From contig JACQEW010000070.1 in assembly GCA_016200365.1 (NCBI GenBank), positions 1-35,971 of the forward strand: a DNA stretch of 35,971 nt, given 5' to 3'. This DNA comes from Nitrospinota bacterium (GTDB taxonomy: Bacteria; Nitrospinota; Nitrospinia; UBA9942). The notes beneath the pieces are model-generated. The model saw only the letters and a program-made list of their open reading frames with translations. It was not told where the DNA came from and made no database searches. Shown here one piece after another: positions 6,954 to 14,387 of the stretch. Made by a program: the position numbers and the translations under genes. Position 1 is the stretch's first letter, and each line of letters opens with the position of its first letter.

Positions 6954-8930
6954 TTACACCTTCATAACAGGCACTGTTATCGTAAAGGCGGTTCCCTTCG
7001 ATATTTCGCTTTCTACCCTTATCTCCCCTCCATGCTCTTTAATGATTCCATAACTTATGGAGAGCCCCAGTCCTGTCCCTTTCCCAATCTCCTTTGTGGT
7101 AAAGAACGGGTCGAATATCTTTCCTATATATTCATTGGATATTCCATTCCCAGTATCAGAGATGATAACATTTACAAATCCCCCCTCACCCCCCTTTTCT
7201 AAAGGGGGGAATGGAGGGGTTATTCCATTCTTCGTCTCAACCTTAATCTTCCCGCCGCCGTTTGTTGCGTCCAGAGCATTGTGTATAATATTCAAAAACA
7301 CCTGCTCCAATCCAGCGGCGCTGCCGAATACAGGCGGCAGTCCATTATAAAGAGACTTCTCAAGTATTATGCCTTTTTTGGATATAGAGCCTTCAAGGAA
7401 CATCAGCACCCTTTCTATAATCTTATTTATATCCTGCGGGCTGAATTCATAAGATGACTCCCGTGAAAATGAGAGGAGGTTTCCTGTTATTTTGGAGACC
7501 CTCATAGCATGGTGCATCATAGCATTCATATCCTTAATAACCTTTTCCGGTATATCGCCGTTTGTATTCTCCATCTTTAACGCCTCTATCCTGTTTATTA
7601 TGATGCCTATAGGGTTATTTATCTCATGTGCAACCCCTGCCGCAAGCAGACCCAGAGATGCCATTTTTTCGGAGTGAATCAATTGCTTCTCATAATCCCT
7701 CACCTGCTTTGTCCTCTCCTCCACCTTTTCCTCGAGGCACCGGCTGTATATCTTGAGCTTCTCCGCCATATTATTAAACTCGGCCGCCACATCCTCAACC
7801 TCATCGCCGCTTCTTATATCCAGCCTGTAATCCAGATTCCCTTTTCCTATCAATTGAACACCCTCTTTTAGCTTTGAAAGCGGATGGGTAAGCATTTTGG
7901 AAATGAATACACCAATGAGTATGGTCAGGAGAACGGCAGCAAGAATTGTAGCTATAAACAGTCTTTTATAATCCTTTACGGCTGCTGTCAGGAGGTTCTT
8001 AGGATAGCTCTCGACAACCGTATAATAAAACTCCTTATTCCTTTCATCGGGGAATACAGCCGTATATGCGAACAGATTCTCATCATCATCCATCACTACT
8101 CCCGACCTGCCGGATAATACCTGAGAAACCACTACTTTTGAATATACATCATTTATATTATCGGGAGACTCGCCTGTATTTAACAAACTCTCCTCCGTCT
8201 CCCATTCGGGATTTAAAAAATAGAATCCCCTGTTGTTCAGAAGGAATATTCGGGAGGTTTTATCTACAATATGCCTCTTCATAGTATCGTAGAGATGCCT
8301 TCCCGTTACATCGAGGTATATAGCGCCCATCCATTTCCCGCTCCTGCCGTAAACAGGGGTGATATAGCGTATCAGGGCTATATTTGAGAGGTTAAGACCT
8401 TTAATCATCCGGCTTATCAATGGTATTGAAGCAACCTCACCCTGTGATAAATTTGCAGCCACATAAAAATGACTACTCCCTCTTTGATTATGCAGACTGC
8501 TTTTCGGAAGTATGACAGGATGGCGCATGTCATAGGCAACCAATGCTATCTCGTCTCCGTTCCGGGATAAAAAGCCTACCTGCAGATAAACCCCTTTTTG
8601 CTCTACAAGGTTAAAAAACTCTTTCTCCAGAAGGGTCCTCCAGTATGTAAAGGAGGCGATGTCATTTAATTCTATCGCCTCTAAAAGATACTCCAGCGGA
8701 GCAGAAGACCGGAGATAAAGCAAATCACCCTTGGAATTATCCAGATGGTTCTCTATATCCTTGCCCCTGGAAAAGACATCGAGGTACATTTTCCTCAGAG
8801 TATCATCCTGCAGAGAATTGCTTGCGGATTTTATGCTGTGATAGCCGAAGTATCCGATTGGCAGGATCGCTGCCAGCATCAAAGAGAGGAATATCTTGTT
8901 CTGGATTCTGGAAAAGAAATTGATTTTCAT
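6954..8930 (-). CDS. Sensor histidine kinase: TM, Cache-like periplasmic domain, TM, HAMP, HisKA, HATPase_c
   Basis: H-box AHEINNPIG, plus N/G boxes (IIHNALDAT, DTGNGI, GTGLGLS) and HAMP (LTHPLSKLKEGVQLIGKGNLDYRL). ATG at 8930 (MKINFF); the track start at 8945 is TTG. Confidence 0.9.
   Translation of the reverse strand: MKINFFSRIQNKIFLSLMLAAILPIGYFGYHSIKSASNSLQDDTLRKMYLDVFSRGKDIENHLDNSKGDLLYLRSSAPLEYLLEAIELNDIASFTYWRTLLEKEFFNLVEQKGVYLQVGFLSRNGDEIALVAYDMRHPVILPKSSLHNQRGSSHFYVAANLSQGEVASIPLISRMIKGLNLSNIALIRYITPVYGRSGKWMGAIYLDVTGRHLYDTMKRHIVDKTSRIFLLNNRGFYFLNPEWETEESLLNTGESPDNINDVYSKVVVSQVLSGRSGVVMDDDENLFAYTAVFPDERNKEFYYTVVESYPKNLLTAAVKDYKRLFIATILAAVLLTILIGVFISKMLTHPLSKLKEGVQLIGKGNLDYRLDIRSGDEVEDVAAEFNNMAEKLKIYSRCLEEKVEERTKQVRDYEKQLIHSEKMASLGLLAAGVAHEINNPIGIIINRIEALKMENTNGDIPEKVIKDMNAMMHHAMRVSKITGNLLSFSRESSYEFSPQDINKIIERVLMFLEGSISKKGIILEKSLYNGLPPVFGSAAGLEQVFLNIIHNALDATNGGGKIKVETKNGITPPFPPLEKGGEGGFVNVIISDTGNGISNEYIGKIFDPFFTTKEIGKGTGLGLSISYGIIKEHGGEIRVESEISKGTAFTITVPVMKV
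7178..7223. repeat. In-frame mini-palindrome inside the kinase ATPase domain, encoding PPFPPLEKGGEGGF
   Basis: Plus strand reads ATCCCCCCTCACCCCCCTTTTCTAAAGGGGGGAATGGAGGGGTTAT. The core hairpin is 7189-7209. Confidence 0.7.
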
Positions 8931-8934
8931 AATA

Positions 8935-9392
8935 GCAATGAGCAACGAGCAATGAGCAATGAGTATTATTTTTGGTATCTCTGTTTTTGTATAGAGACTT
9001 TCAGCCCCCCAATGATGCGAGAAACCTCAATAGCTAAATTACTTATATAATCGAATTCTTCCATGGTAATATAACCCACATCCATTGATACATATAATTG
9101 AGAACGGACTTCAGCACATGAAGCCTTCGCAATCACTATAAAACGATGAAATTCTGATCTGCTACCTCTCTCAAAACCTTCAGCAAGGTTAGACATGATA
9201 GAAACTGAAGATCTTTGAATTTGTTCACGAAGCCCAAAATCTTTCAAAAAAGGACTCTTTTTTGTCAGCAAATAGACCTGTTTTGTCAATTCTCTTGCCT
9301 TCTGCCATGCAACAAGGTCTTCAAATCTATTAACTTTCATCTTTATTCCTCCCTTTTTAATTGCTCATTGCTCATTACTCATTGCTCATTGC
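8935..9392. repeat. Cassette bounded by 29-nt inverted heptad repeats (GCAATGA units), enclosing one gene
   Basis: The left arm 8935-8963 (GCAATGAGCAACGAGCAATGAGCAATGAG) matches the reverse complement of the right arm 9364-9392 at 27 of 29 positions. Confidence 0.8.
8966..9340 (-). CDS. Four-helix-bundle protein ('23S rRNA intervening sequence protein' family)
   Basis: Family hallmarks [18 protein letters not shown] and [48 protein letters not shown] precedes the ATG at 9340. Confidence 0.85.
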   Translation of the reverse strand: MKVNRFEDLVAWQKARELTKQVYLLTKKSPFLKDFGLREQIQRSSVSIMSNLAEGFERGSRSEFHRFIVIAKASCAEVRSQLYVSMDVGYITMEEFDYISNLAIEVSRIIGGLKVSIQKQRYQK

Positions 9393-10277
9393 TTAATACA
9401 AACTGGCGGTCATTTCATAATCCCTGACACACCTGAACCCGATAATATGGCTCACAGCCTCCGGCTCAACACCATCTTTGCTGGCGCACCGCACCTTTGG
9501 CGACAGGTCAACCCATGAGCCCCCCTTCACCACCTTCTTGTCTTTTCCTTGCTTTTGGTCACACCCGGGACAGCCGCCAAACCGGCTGTCCGTCCACTCC
9601 CTGACATTCCCGCCCATATCATGAACTCCATAAGGGCTTACATCTCCCTTGGCAATGCCGACAGGATTGCCTGTATTTACATTACATATCCCCTCTATAA
9701 TGTTTTCTAAAACCGCCTCTGCAGTGCTGGTTAATGCAGGGTCATATTTATCGCCCCACGGATAAGCCCTTCCATCCGTCCCCCTTGCAGCCTTTTCCCA
9801 TTCCTCCTCTGTAGGGAGCCTCTTTCCCGCCCACTTTGCATATTCCTTTGCATCATACCAGCTTATAAAAAGGACAGGATAATGAGCCTTTCCCGATGGA
9901 TACATGCCATTACTCCAATGCTTTGGTGCATGGTATCCGGTTGCATCTATAAATTTTTTATACTGTGCATTGGTTACTTCATATTTGTCAATAAAGAAAG
10001 ACTTTACATAGACCTTCCTCTTAGGCTTCTCGTTTTCATACAGATACCCTTCCATGCCTCCCTTATTGCCATAGACCTTTTTTACTTCCTTAATGTCGTC
10101 GTCGTCGCTCCCCATAACAAATTCACCTTCAGATATAAACACCATGCCCGTTCCATCAGCGCCTCCGCCACCATGTATATTCAGAGGGAGAGAAAAGACA
10201 GGGTAAACAATGAAGAACATAAACAATAAATTCTTTAATTTGGAAATTGGAAATTGGAAATTGGAAATTTTGCTCAT
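9393..10277 (-). CDS. Exported FGE-sulfatase (SUMF1/EgtB/PvdO) family protein, paralog 1
   Basis: YEVTNAQYKKF, GKRLPTEEEWEKAARGTDGRAYPWGD, GNVREWT, KGGSW, GFRC. The AGGAGG RBS and an ATGA overlap link it to the upstream gene. It has an extra CPGC loop. Confidence 0.85.
   Translation of the reverse strand: MSKISNFQFPISKLKNLLFMFFIVYPVFSLPLNIHGGGGADGTGMVFISEGEFVMGSDDDDIKEVKKVYGNKGGMEGYLYENEKPKRKVYVKSFFIDKYEVTNAQYKKFIDATGYHAPKHWSNGMYPSGKAHYPVLFISWYDAKEYAKWAGKRLPTEEEWEKAARGTDGRAYPWGDKYDPALTSTAEAVLENIIEGICNVNTGNPVGIAKGDVSPYGVHDMGGNVREWTDSRFGGCPGCDQKQGKDKKVVKGGSWVDLSPKVRCASKDGVEPEAVSHIIGFRCVRDYEMTASLY
10240..10267. repeat. Four TTGGAAA heptads (single arm) inside the 5' end of FGE paralog 1
   Basis: Counted directly. 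They are translated as ISNFQFPI. The same heptads in the same coding sense occur at 28064-28091. Confidence 0.8.
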
Positions 10278-11704
10278 CCTTCACCTCCTGCCAAAACAAA
10301 TTTAATCTTTCCTCCTTCTTTTTCAGCCTTAAGAATATAGGCATGCTTCTTTACTTCTCTGTTGGCAGTAAAAGTTGTCATGCCTGTTGCACCATGAAAA
10401 TCCTTTATCCCCGCAAGAGAATCCCTTATATGTGTCGGTCTCATGGACGGGGCTTTACGGATTGCCTCAGCCGTCATCTTCAAGGCATCATAGCCCAATG
10501 CGGCAATTCTGTCGGGATAAGTCCCGTGTTTTTTCTTATAAGAATCAACGAAACCTTTAATATGGGGCAATTGAGAGTCTGCATAAAAACCTGAATAGAT
10601 TATTGTCCCGATAATTGCATCTTTTCCGTCCTTTATAAAATTTTCCGTAATAAGCTCCTCTCCGCCTATCAAAGGAGCCTTTATACCCTGCCTCCTCATC
10701 TCCTTTACTATTTTTATCCCTTCCAGAGGGTCTCCTGTATAAACAACCGCATCAGGAGATTTTGATTTGATTTTGCCTACCTGAAATTCTATACTGGAGT
10801 CATCTTTTGAGATATTTGCAGTATTTTCTGACCATAGAAAAACATCCTCCGCCACATTACCCCCTTTATTTATTATAGCCCTTTTAAAAAGTCCTGCAAG
10901 GGTTATTGAATAATCGTTGCTCATTGACGAGATAAGGGCAAAGTTTTTTATAGCGGCTTTGTTGATACAGTAGTCAATAAGCTCGGTTACCGCCGTCTCA
11001 TCCGACAGGGTATTTCTGAACATATAAGGTCCCGTATCCCCTATCCTCCTCCTCGTCCCCGCGGAAATGAGGATAGTCTGATGGTCGTTCAGCTTTTTGC
11101 TTGCGCTGAATGTCACCTCTCCCGTAGGACTGCCGATAATAGCCGCCACACCTTCGGATATAAATTTATCAACTGCAGCGATAGTCTCTGTCATATTTCC
11201 TGCTGTATTATAATGAATAACCTCCAGGAGCTGTCCGTTGATGCCTCCCGATGAGTTTATCTCCTCTGCCGCAAGCTGAGCTCCCATAAGCGTTTTTAGT
11301 CCATATTCGGAGAGCTCGCCTGTTTCTGCGCCCAATACCCCCACCTTCATCTTCCGCTCCGATTCCAGAGAAATCTCATTTTCTCCCTTCTTCTCAAAAT
11401 CAACCTCTGCCGATACCTTTTCCCTATCTTCACGGGTTGCTATCTTCTTGCCCGATTCAGCCCATTCCTTCTCCCTCTGCTCCATCCTCAATTCTATCTC
11501 GCTTTTCTTTTCTTCCTTATTGCAGCCTGGATAGAATAAAAATAGCGATACCAATAAAAGGACAAAAACTTGATTTTCACCGCAGAGACGCAGAGGCACA
11601 GAGAAAAATTCTAAACCTCTTAATAATATTTTTAATCTCTGCGTCTCCGCGCCCCTGCGGTTTATAATTTCCTTAAAAAAATTTTTAAAATTTTCTTGCA
11701 ACAT
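10274..11704 (-). CDS. Periplasmic binding lipoprotein, LivJ/LivK-like (Peripla_BP_6 type)
   Basis: KVGVLGAETGELSEYG..AQLAAEEINSSGGINGQLLEV..AAIIGSPTG is typical of branched-chain amino-acid binding proteins. Lipobox-like FYPGC. The ATG at 11704 has a GGGAGG RBS; the track start 11743 and an in-frame GTG at 11599 are alternatives. Confidence 0.8.
   Translation of the reverse strand: MLQENFKNFFKEIINRRGAETQRLKILLRGLEFFSVPLRLCGENQVFVLLLVSLFLFYPGCNKEEKKSEIELRMEQREKEWAESGKKIATREDREKVSAEVDFEKKGENEISLESERKMKVGVLGAETGELSEYGLKTLMGAQLAAEEINSSGGINGQLLEVIHYNTAGNMTETIAAVDKFISEGVAAIIGSPTGEVTFSASKKLNDHQTILISAGTRRRIGDTGPYMFRNTLSDETAVTELIDYCINKAAIKNFALISSMSNDYSITLAGLFKRAIINKGGNVAEDVFLWSENTANISKDDSSIEFQVGKIKSKSPDAVVYTGDPLEGIKIVKEMRRQGIKAPLIGGEELITENFIKDGKDAIIGTIIYSGFYADSQLPHIKGFVDSYKKKHGTYPDRIAALGYDALKMTAEAIRKAPSMRPTHIRDSLAGIKDFHGATGMTTFTANREVKKHAYILKAEKEGGKIKFVLAGGEG
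11564..11674. repeat. About 110-bp repeat element, copy 1 (GCAGAGA-family hairpin 11579-11661 plus conserved flanks)
   Basis: The left block AAAAACTTGATTTTCACCGCAGAGACGCAGAGGCACAGAGAAAAAT and right block TCTCTGCGTCTCCGCGCCCCTGCGGTTTATAATTTCCTT are nearly identical to 26282-26391. Only the loop differs. Confidence 0.85.
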
Positions 11705-11758
11705 ATTGCCTCCCTGTGATATATATTTATTTACCCCAACCAAAAATGCAGCAACATT

Positions 11759-11784
11759 TGTGATATACTTTAAATTATATCACA
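11759..11784. promoter_or_regulatory. Candidate operator: TGTGATATA-N8-TATATCACA
   Basis: Perfect 9-bp inverted repeat in the divergent intergenic region. A third TGTGATATA half-site sits at 11715-11723, next to the RBS of the binding-protein gene. Confidence 0.45.
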
Positions 11785-11827
11785 CTATCTTTAAAGCCCT
11801 TACACAATTTAACACTGGAGGTGTGTA

Positions 11828-12463
11828 ATGAAGATCGCTTCTTTGGTTATAGTTTTAAGCATTTTTGTATCTGTAAATATTGCAAACGCTGCCGACGATG
11901 ATATGGCTCTCGTATCAGGCGGCAAATTCTCTTTTGGCGAAGATAAGAAGAAAATAGAGCTTGGAGACTTTTATATTGATAAATATGAGGTAACCAATGC
12001 CCAGTATAAAAAGTTCAGACCGGAGCATGAAATCCCTGACGGAAAAGAGAATCACCCTGTAGCAGACATCTCCTATTTTGATGCAGAGGATTACTGCAAA
12101 TCGGCAGGCAAGAGAATTCCAACCTCTGAGGAGTGGGAAAAGGCTGCACGGGGAACGGATGGAAGGGCTTATCCGTGGGGCGATAAATTCGATTCCAAAA
12201 AGGCGAATACAAGCGAGGGAGGCAAAGGCGGCACGGTAAAAGTTGGATCCTACGAGGGGGGGAAGAGCCCTTACGGCGCTTATGATATGTCCGGCAATGT
12301 ATGGGAATGGGTTGATGCATGGGACAGCAAAAAGCAGTACAGGGTTGCACGGGGAGGCTCTTACTTTGAGGGTGATGATATGAACAGAACCACATCCTCG
12401 CTTATGAGTATTCCGGATGACATTCACGAGTATATCGGCTTCAGGTGCGCAAAGAGCAAGTAA
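11828..12463 (+). CDS. Exported FGE-sulfatase family protein, paralog 2
   Basis: Signal peptide MKIASLVIVLSIFVSVNIANA. YEVTNAQYKKF, GKRIPTSEEWEKAARGTDGRAYPWGD, GNVWEWV, RGGSY, GFRCAK. GGAGG RBS. Confidence 0.9.
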   Translation: MKIASLVIVLSIFVSVNIANAADDDMALVSGGKFSFGEDKKKIELGDFYIDKYEVTNAQYKKFRPEHEIPDGKENHPVADISYFDAEDYCKSAGKRIPTSEEWEKAARGTDGRAYPWGDKFDSKKANTSEGGKGGTVKVGSYEGGKSPYGAYDMSGNVWEWVDAWDSKKQYRVARGGSYFEGDDMNRTTSSLMSIPDDIHEYIGFRCAKSK

Positions 12464-12576
12464 GAAGAAGATTAAGGAGAAAGGGGGAAAGTGGAGAAAG
12501 GGAGAATATAAGTCTTTTTTTAAAAATAATTTTAAGATTTTTTCTCCATTTCTCCTCACCTCTCCCTTTCTTCTTG
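12462..12576. repeat. Imperfect hairpin, GGAGAAA family
   Basis: The purine arm 12462-12506 (AAGGAGAAAGGGGGAAAGTGGAGAAAGGGAGAA) faces the pyrimidine arm 12542-12576 (TTCTCCATTTCTCCTCACCTCTCCCTTTCTTCTTG). Confidence 0.7.
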
Positions 12577-12597
12577 TTTTTTATAATTTTTTTTACA

Positions 12598-13071
12598 TTG
12601 AAAAAATCTATCATTTCAACATTTATAATTCTGCTATTAGCCTCTGGGGTATATTTTTATCTCCACCCTTCGCCTCAAAAATCGCATGAAGAAGTGAAAA
12701 AATTTGCACTGCCTGCACTTGAAGATATTGTTCTGGATAAAGAAACAGGCTTACAGGTGGTCAAAGATGTAATGATGATTACCTTCTCGAAAGGGACAGA
12801 ACAGGCAGATATTGATAATATTATTAAAGAACTAAACGGCAGGATAATAGGCTATGACAGGGATTCAAACCTTTTTCAGGTAAAAATTCCCGGAGCAGAT
12901 TTTAAGGATATTCAATCGAAAAGGCAGTCATTATTGGGTAAATATCGTCAGGTTGAGATGGCTACTCCTGAGACCGTATCCGTTGCAAAAGATCCTTACT
13001 GGAAAAAAGGAGCTACCCGTGAGGTAGAGCTTCCATCAATGGAATCCCCAAAAGTCCCGCCGCATGAATAA
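12598..13071 (+). CDS. Hypothetical signal-anchored protein
   Basis: This is the 3' part of ORF 12445..13071. The in-frame TTG at 12598 gives MKKSIISTFIILLLASGVYFYL. The start is uncertain, I see no RBS, and I recognise no family. Confidence 0.4.
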   Translation: MKKSIISTFIILLLASGVYFYLHPSPQKSHEEVKKFALPALEDIVLDKETGLQVVKDVMMITFSKGTEQADIDNIIKELNGRIIGYDRDSNLFQVKIPGADFKDIQSKRQSLLGKYRQVEMATPETVSVAKDPYWKKGATREVELPSMESPKVPPHE

Positions 13072-13147
13072 CAAATGACGAGGGATGAAGGATGAGGGAC
13101 GAAAGACAAATATTTTCATTAATTCGTCAATCGTCTTTCGTTTGTTC

Positions 13148-13528
13148 TCACAGGGTTTTTAGATATTCAATTATATCACTTCTCTTATCATCATTAGACA
13201 TCACGGGGATTTTCGGCATGTGCTTTTTAAAATTTTTTTTGTGCCCCTGAGCTATAGGATCGCTACTATCCATCATCTTTTTCGGGTCTTTAAGCCATCT
13301 ATCAATCCACTCAATATCCCTTCGTTTGGTCACATTCTTTAGTCCTGGTCCTGTAGAAAGCTGCTCGGTTGTCTTATGGCATTGGCGACACCTCTTTTTA
13401 AACAACTCCTCACCTGCCGAGGCATCGCCAGCATAGGATGGTAGTTTAAACAAAAGAAGCAAGAAACAAGATGCAAGATACAAGATTTTTCTTGCTTCTA
13501 ACTTCTTGCTTCTTGTTTCTTGTCTCAT
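13148..13528 (-). CDS. Exported monoheme class I cytochrome c
   Basis: CRQCH motif followed by STGPGL, with a distal MP motif. Signal peptide MRQETRSKKLEARKILYLASCFLLLLFKLPSYA-GD. It forms an ATGA overlap with the upstream stop. Confidence 0.9.
   Translation of the reverse strand: MRQETRSKKLEARKILYLASCFLLLLFKLPSYAGDASAGEELFKKRCRQCHKTTEQLSTGPGLKNVTKRRDIEWIDRWLKDPKKMMDSSDPIAQGHKKNFKKHMPKIPVMSNDDKRSDIIEYLKTL
13452..13525. repeat. Heptad hairpin, GCAAGA family, entirely inside the cytochrome c signal-peptide codons
   Basis: On the + strand, a purine arm 13452-13486 and a pyrimidine arm 13491-13525. Confidence 0.8.
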
Positions 13529-14205
13529 TCCAGTAGAACCACCTTCATACCCATCCCGCCGCTTATCCAGTCAATCCTCCCCTTTGCGCCGGGTATATAC
13601 TTTAAAACAATCTCCTTCGCCTTATTGCCATCCGCAAAAGAGACATGTCTCTCGCTGAATGAACCGCCGCCCTCTTTCTCCTTTAATGTTATCTCTATTT
13701 TAATGTCATTTGCATCATCGAGTCTCATCGTAGTAACCAGCCATTCGCCTTTCCCAAGCTTGAGGATCTCATCCTTTATTTTATCCGACGGAACTGCCGA
13801 AGCGCCTGCAGACGGCTTCTTTTCCATGTTTTTCTGAGCTGTTTTGATATTAGCCTCTACTGCTTTAAGCAATCTTTCATCTTTAAATTCCTCTTTGTAT
13901 ATGGCTGCCATAGCCCTTGCAGCCTCCATGAGGAAAATACTCTCATCTGTCTCAACCTCGCCTGACATCGCATATTCAACAATCCCCTTTACTTCGTCAG
14001 GCACTTCGCCCTTATGTTTTTTTATTAACGCCTTCATCTCTTTGCTGTTTTTAGAGGAAAAGGCTTTAAAAAATTTCTGTGCCATGCCTTCCTCTTCTGC
14101 ATTGCAGACAACCCCCTGACCCCCTTTGTTAAGGGGGACTATCGCACCCATACCTGAAACCGCTGCTGCTAACAAAAGCGATACTAACAATCTTTTAATA
14201 TTCAT
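13525..14205 (-). CDS. Hypothetical exported protein
   Basis: ATG at 14205 with an AAGGAG RBS gives MNIKRLLVSLLLAAAVSG. The track start 14295 runs through a hairpin repeat. I recognise no family. Confidence 0.7.
   Translation of the reverse strand: MNIKRLLVSLLLAAAVSGMGAIVPLNKGGQGVVCNAEEEGMAQKFFKAFSSKNSKEMKALIKKHKGEVPDEVKGIVEYAMSGEVETDESIFLMEAARAMAAIYKEEFKDERLLKAVEANIKTAQKNMEKKPSAGASAVPSDKIKDEILKLGKGEWLVTTMRLDDANDIKIEITLKEKEGGGSFSERHVSFADGNKAKEIVLKYIPGAKGRIDWISGGMGMKVVLLE
14108..14140. repeat. In-frame mini-palindrome encoding VPLNKGGQGVV
   Basis: The minus strand reads AGTCCCCCTTAACAAAGGGGGTCAGGGGGTTGT. Outside the hairpin loop it is identical to 35906-35938. Confidence 0.8.
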
Positions 14206-14227
14206 TTTATATCTCCTTAAAAAAACT

Positions 14228-14368
14228 AACCACAGAGACACTGAGACACAGAGAAAGAAAAAAAGATTAAAAAAGAGGAAAGATGCAAGAGGCAAGAAAA
14301 AAAATCTTGCTTCTGGCTTCTTACTTCTTGTTTCTTGTTTTTCTCTGTGCCTCCGTGTCTCTGTGGTT
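14228..14368. repeat. Two-layer nested hairpin: CACAGAGA-type outer arms around a GCAAGA-type inner hairpin
   Basis: Outer arms are AACCACAGAGACACTGAGACACAGAGAAAG (14228-14257) and TTTTCTCTGTGCCTCCGTGTCTCTGTGGTT (14339-14368). The inner hairpin is 14271-14337. Confidence 0.8.
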
Positions 14369-14387
14369 CAATTTGTATTATCTCAGG

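Noticed and set aside
8966-9340. A 23S rRNA gene or fragment around the 'IVS protein' gene
   Set aside because: The flanking sequence is protein-coding (FGE-like and kinase genes) and heptad repeats. Nothing resembles rRNA.
9393-10277. Annotating the three SUMF1-fold proteins as genuine formylglycine-generating enzymes
   Set aside because: The C-terminal catalytic cysteine pair is absent in all three, and no sulfatase gene is in the window. I kept only the family-level call.
12445-12597. The GTG at 12445 as the start of the 12445..13071 ORF
   Set aside because: It lies inside the end of the FGE paralog 2 gene, and the first 50 codons are pure hairpin translation. An in-frame TTG at 12598 gives a normal signal anchor, though that start is also weakly supported.
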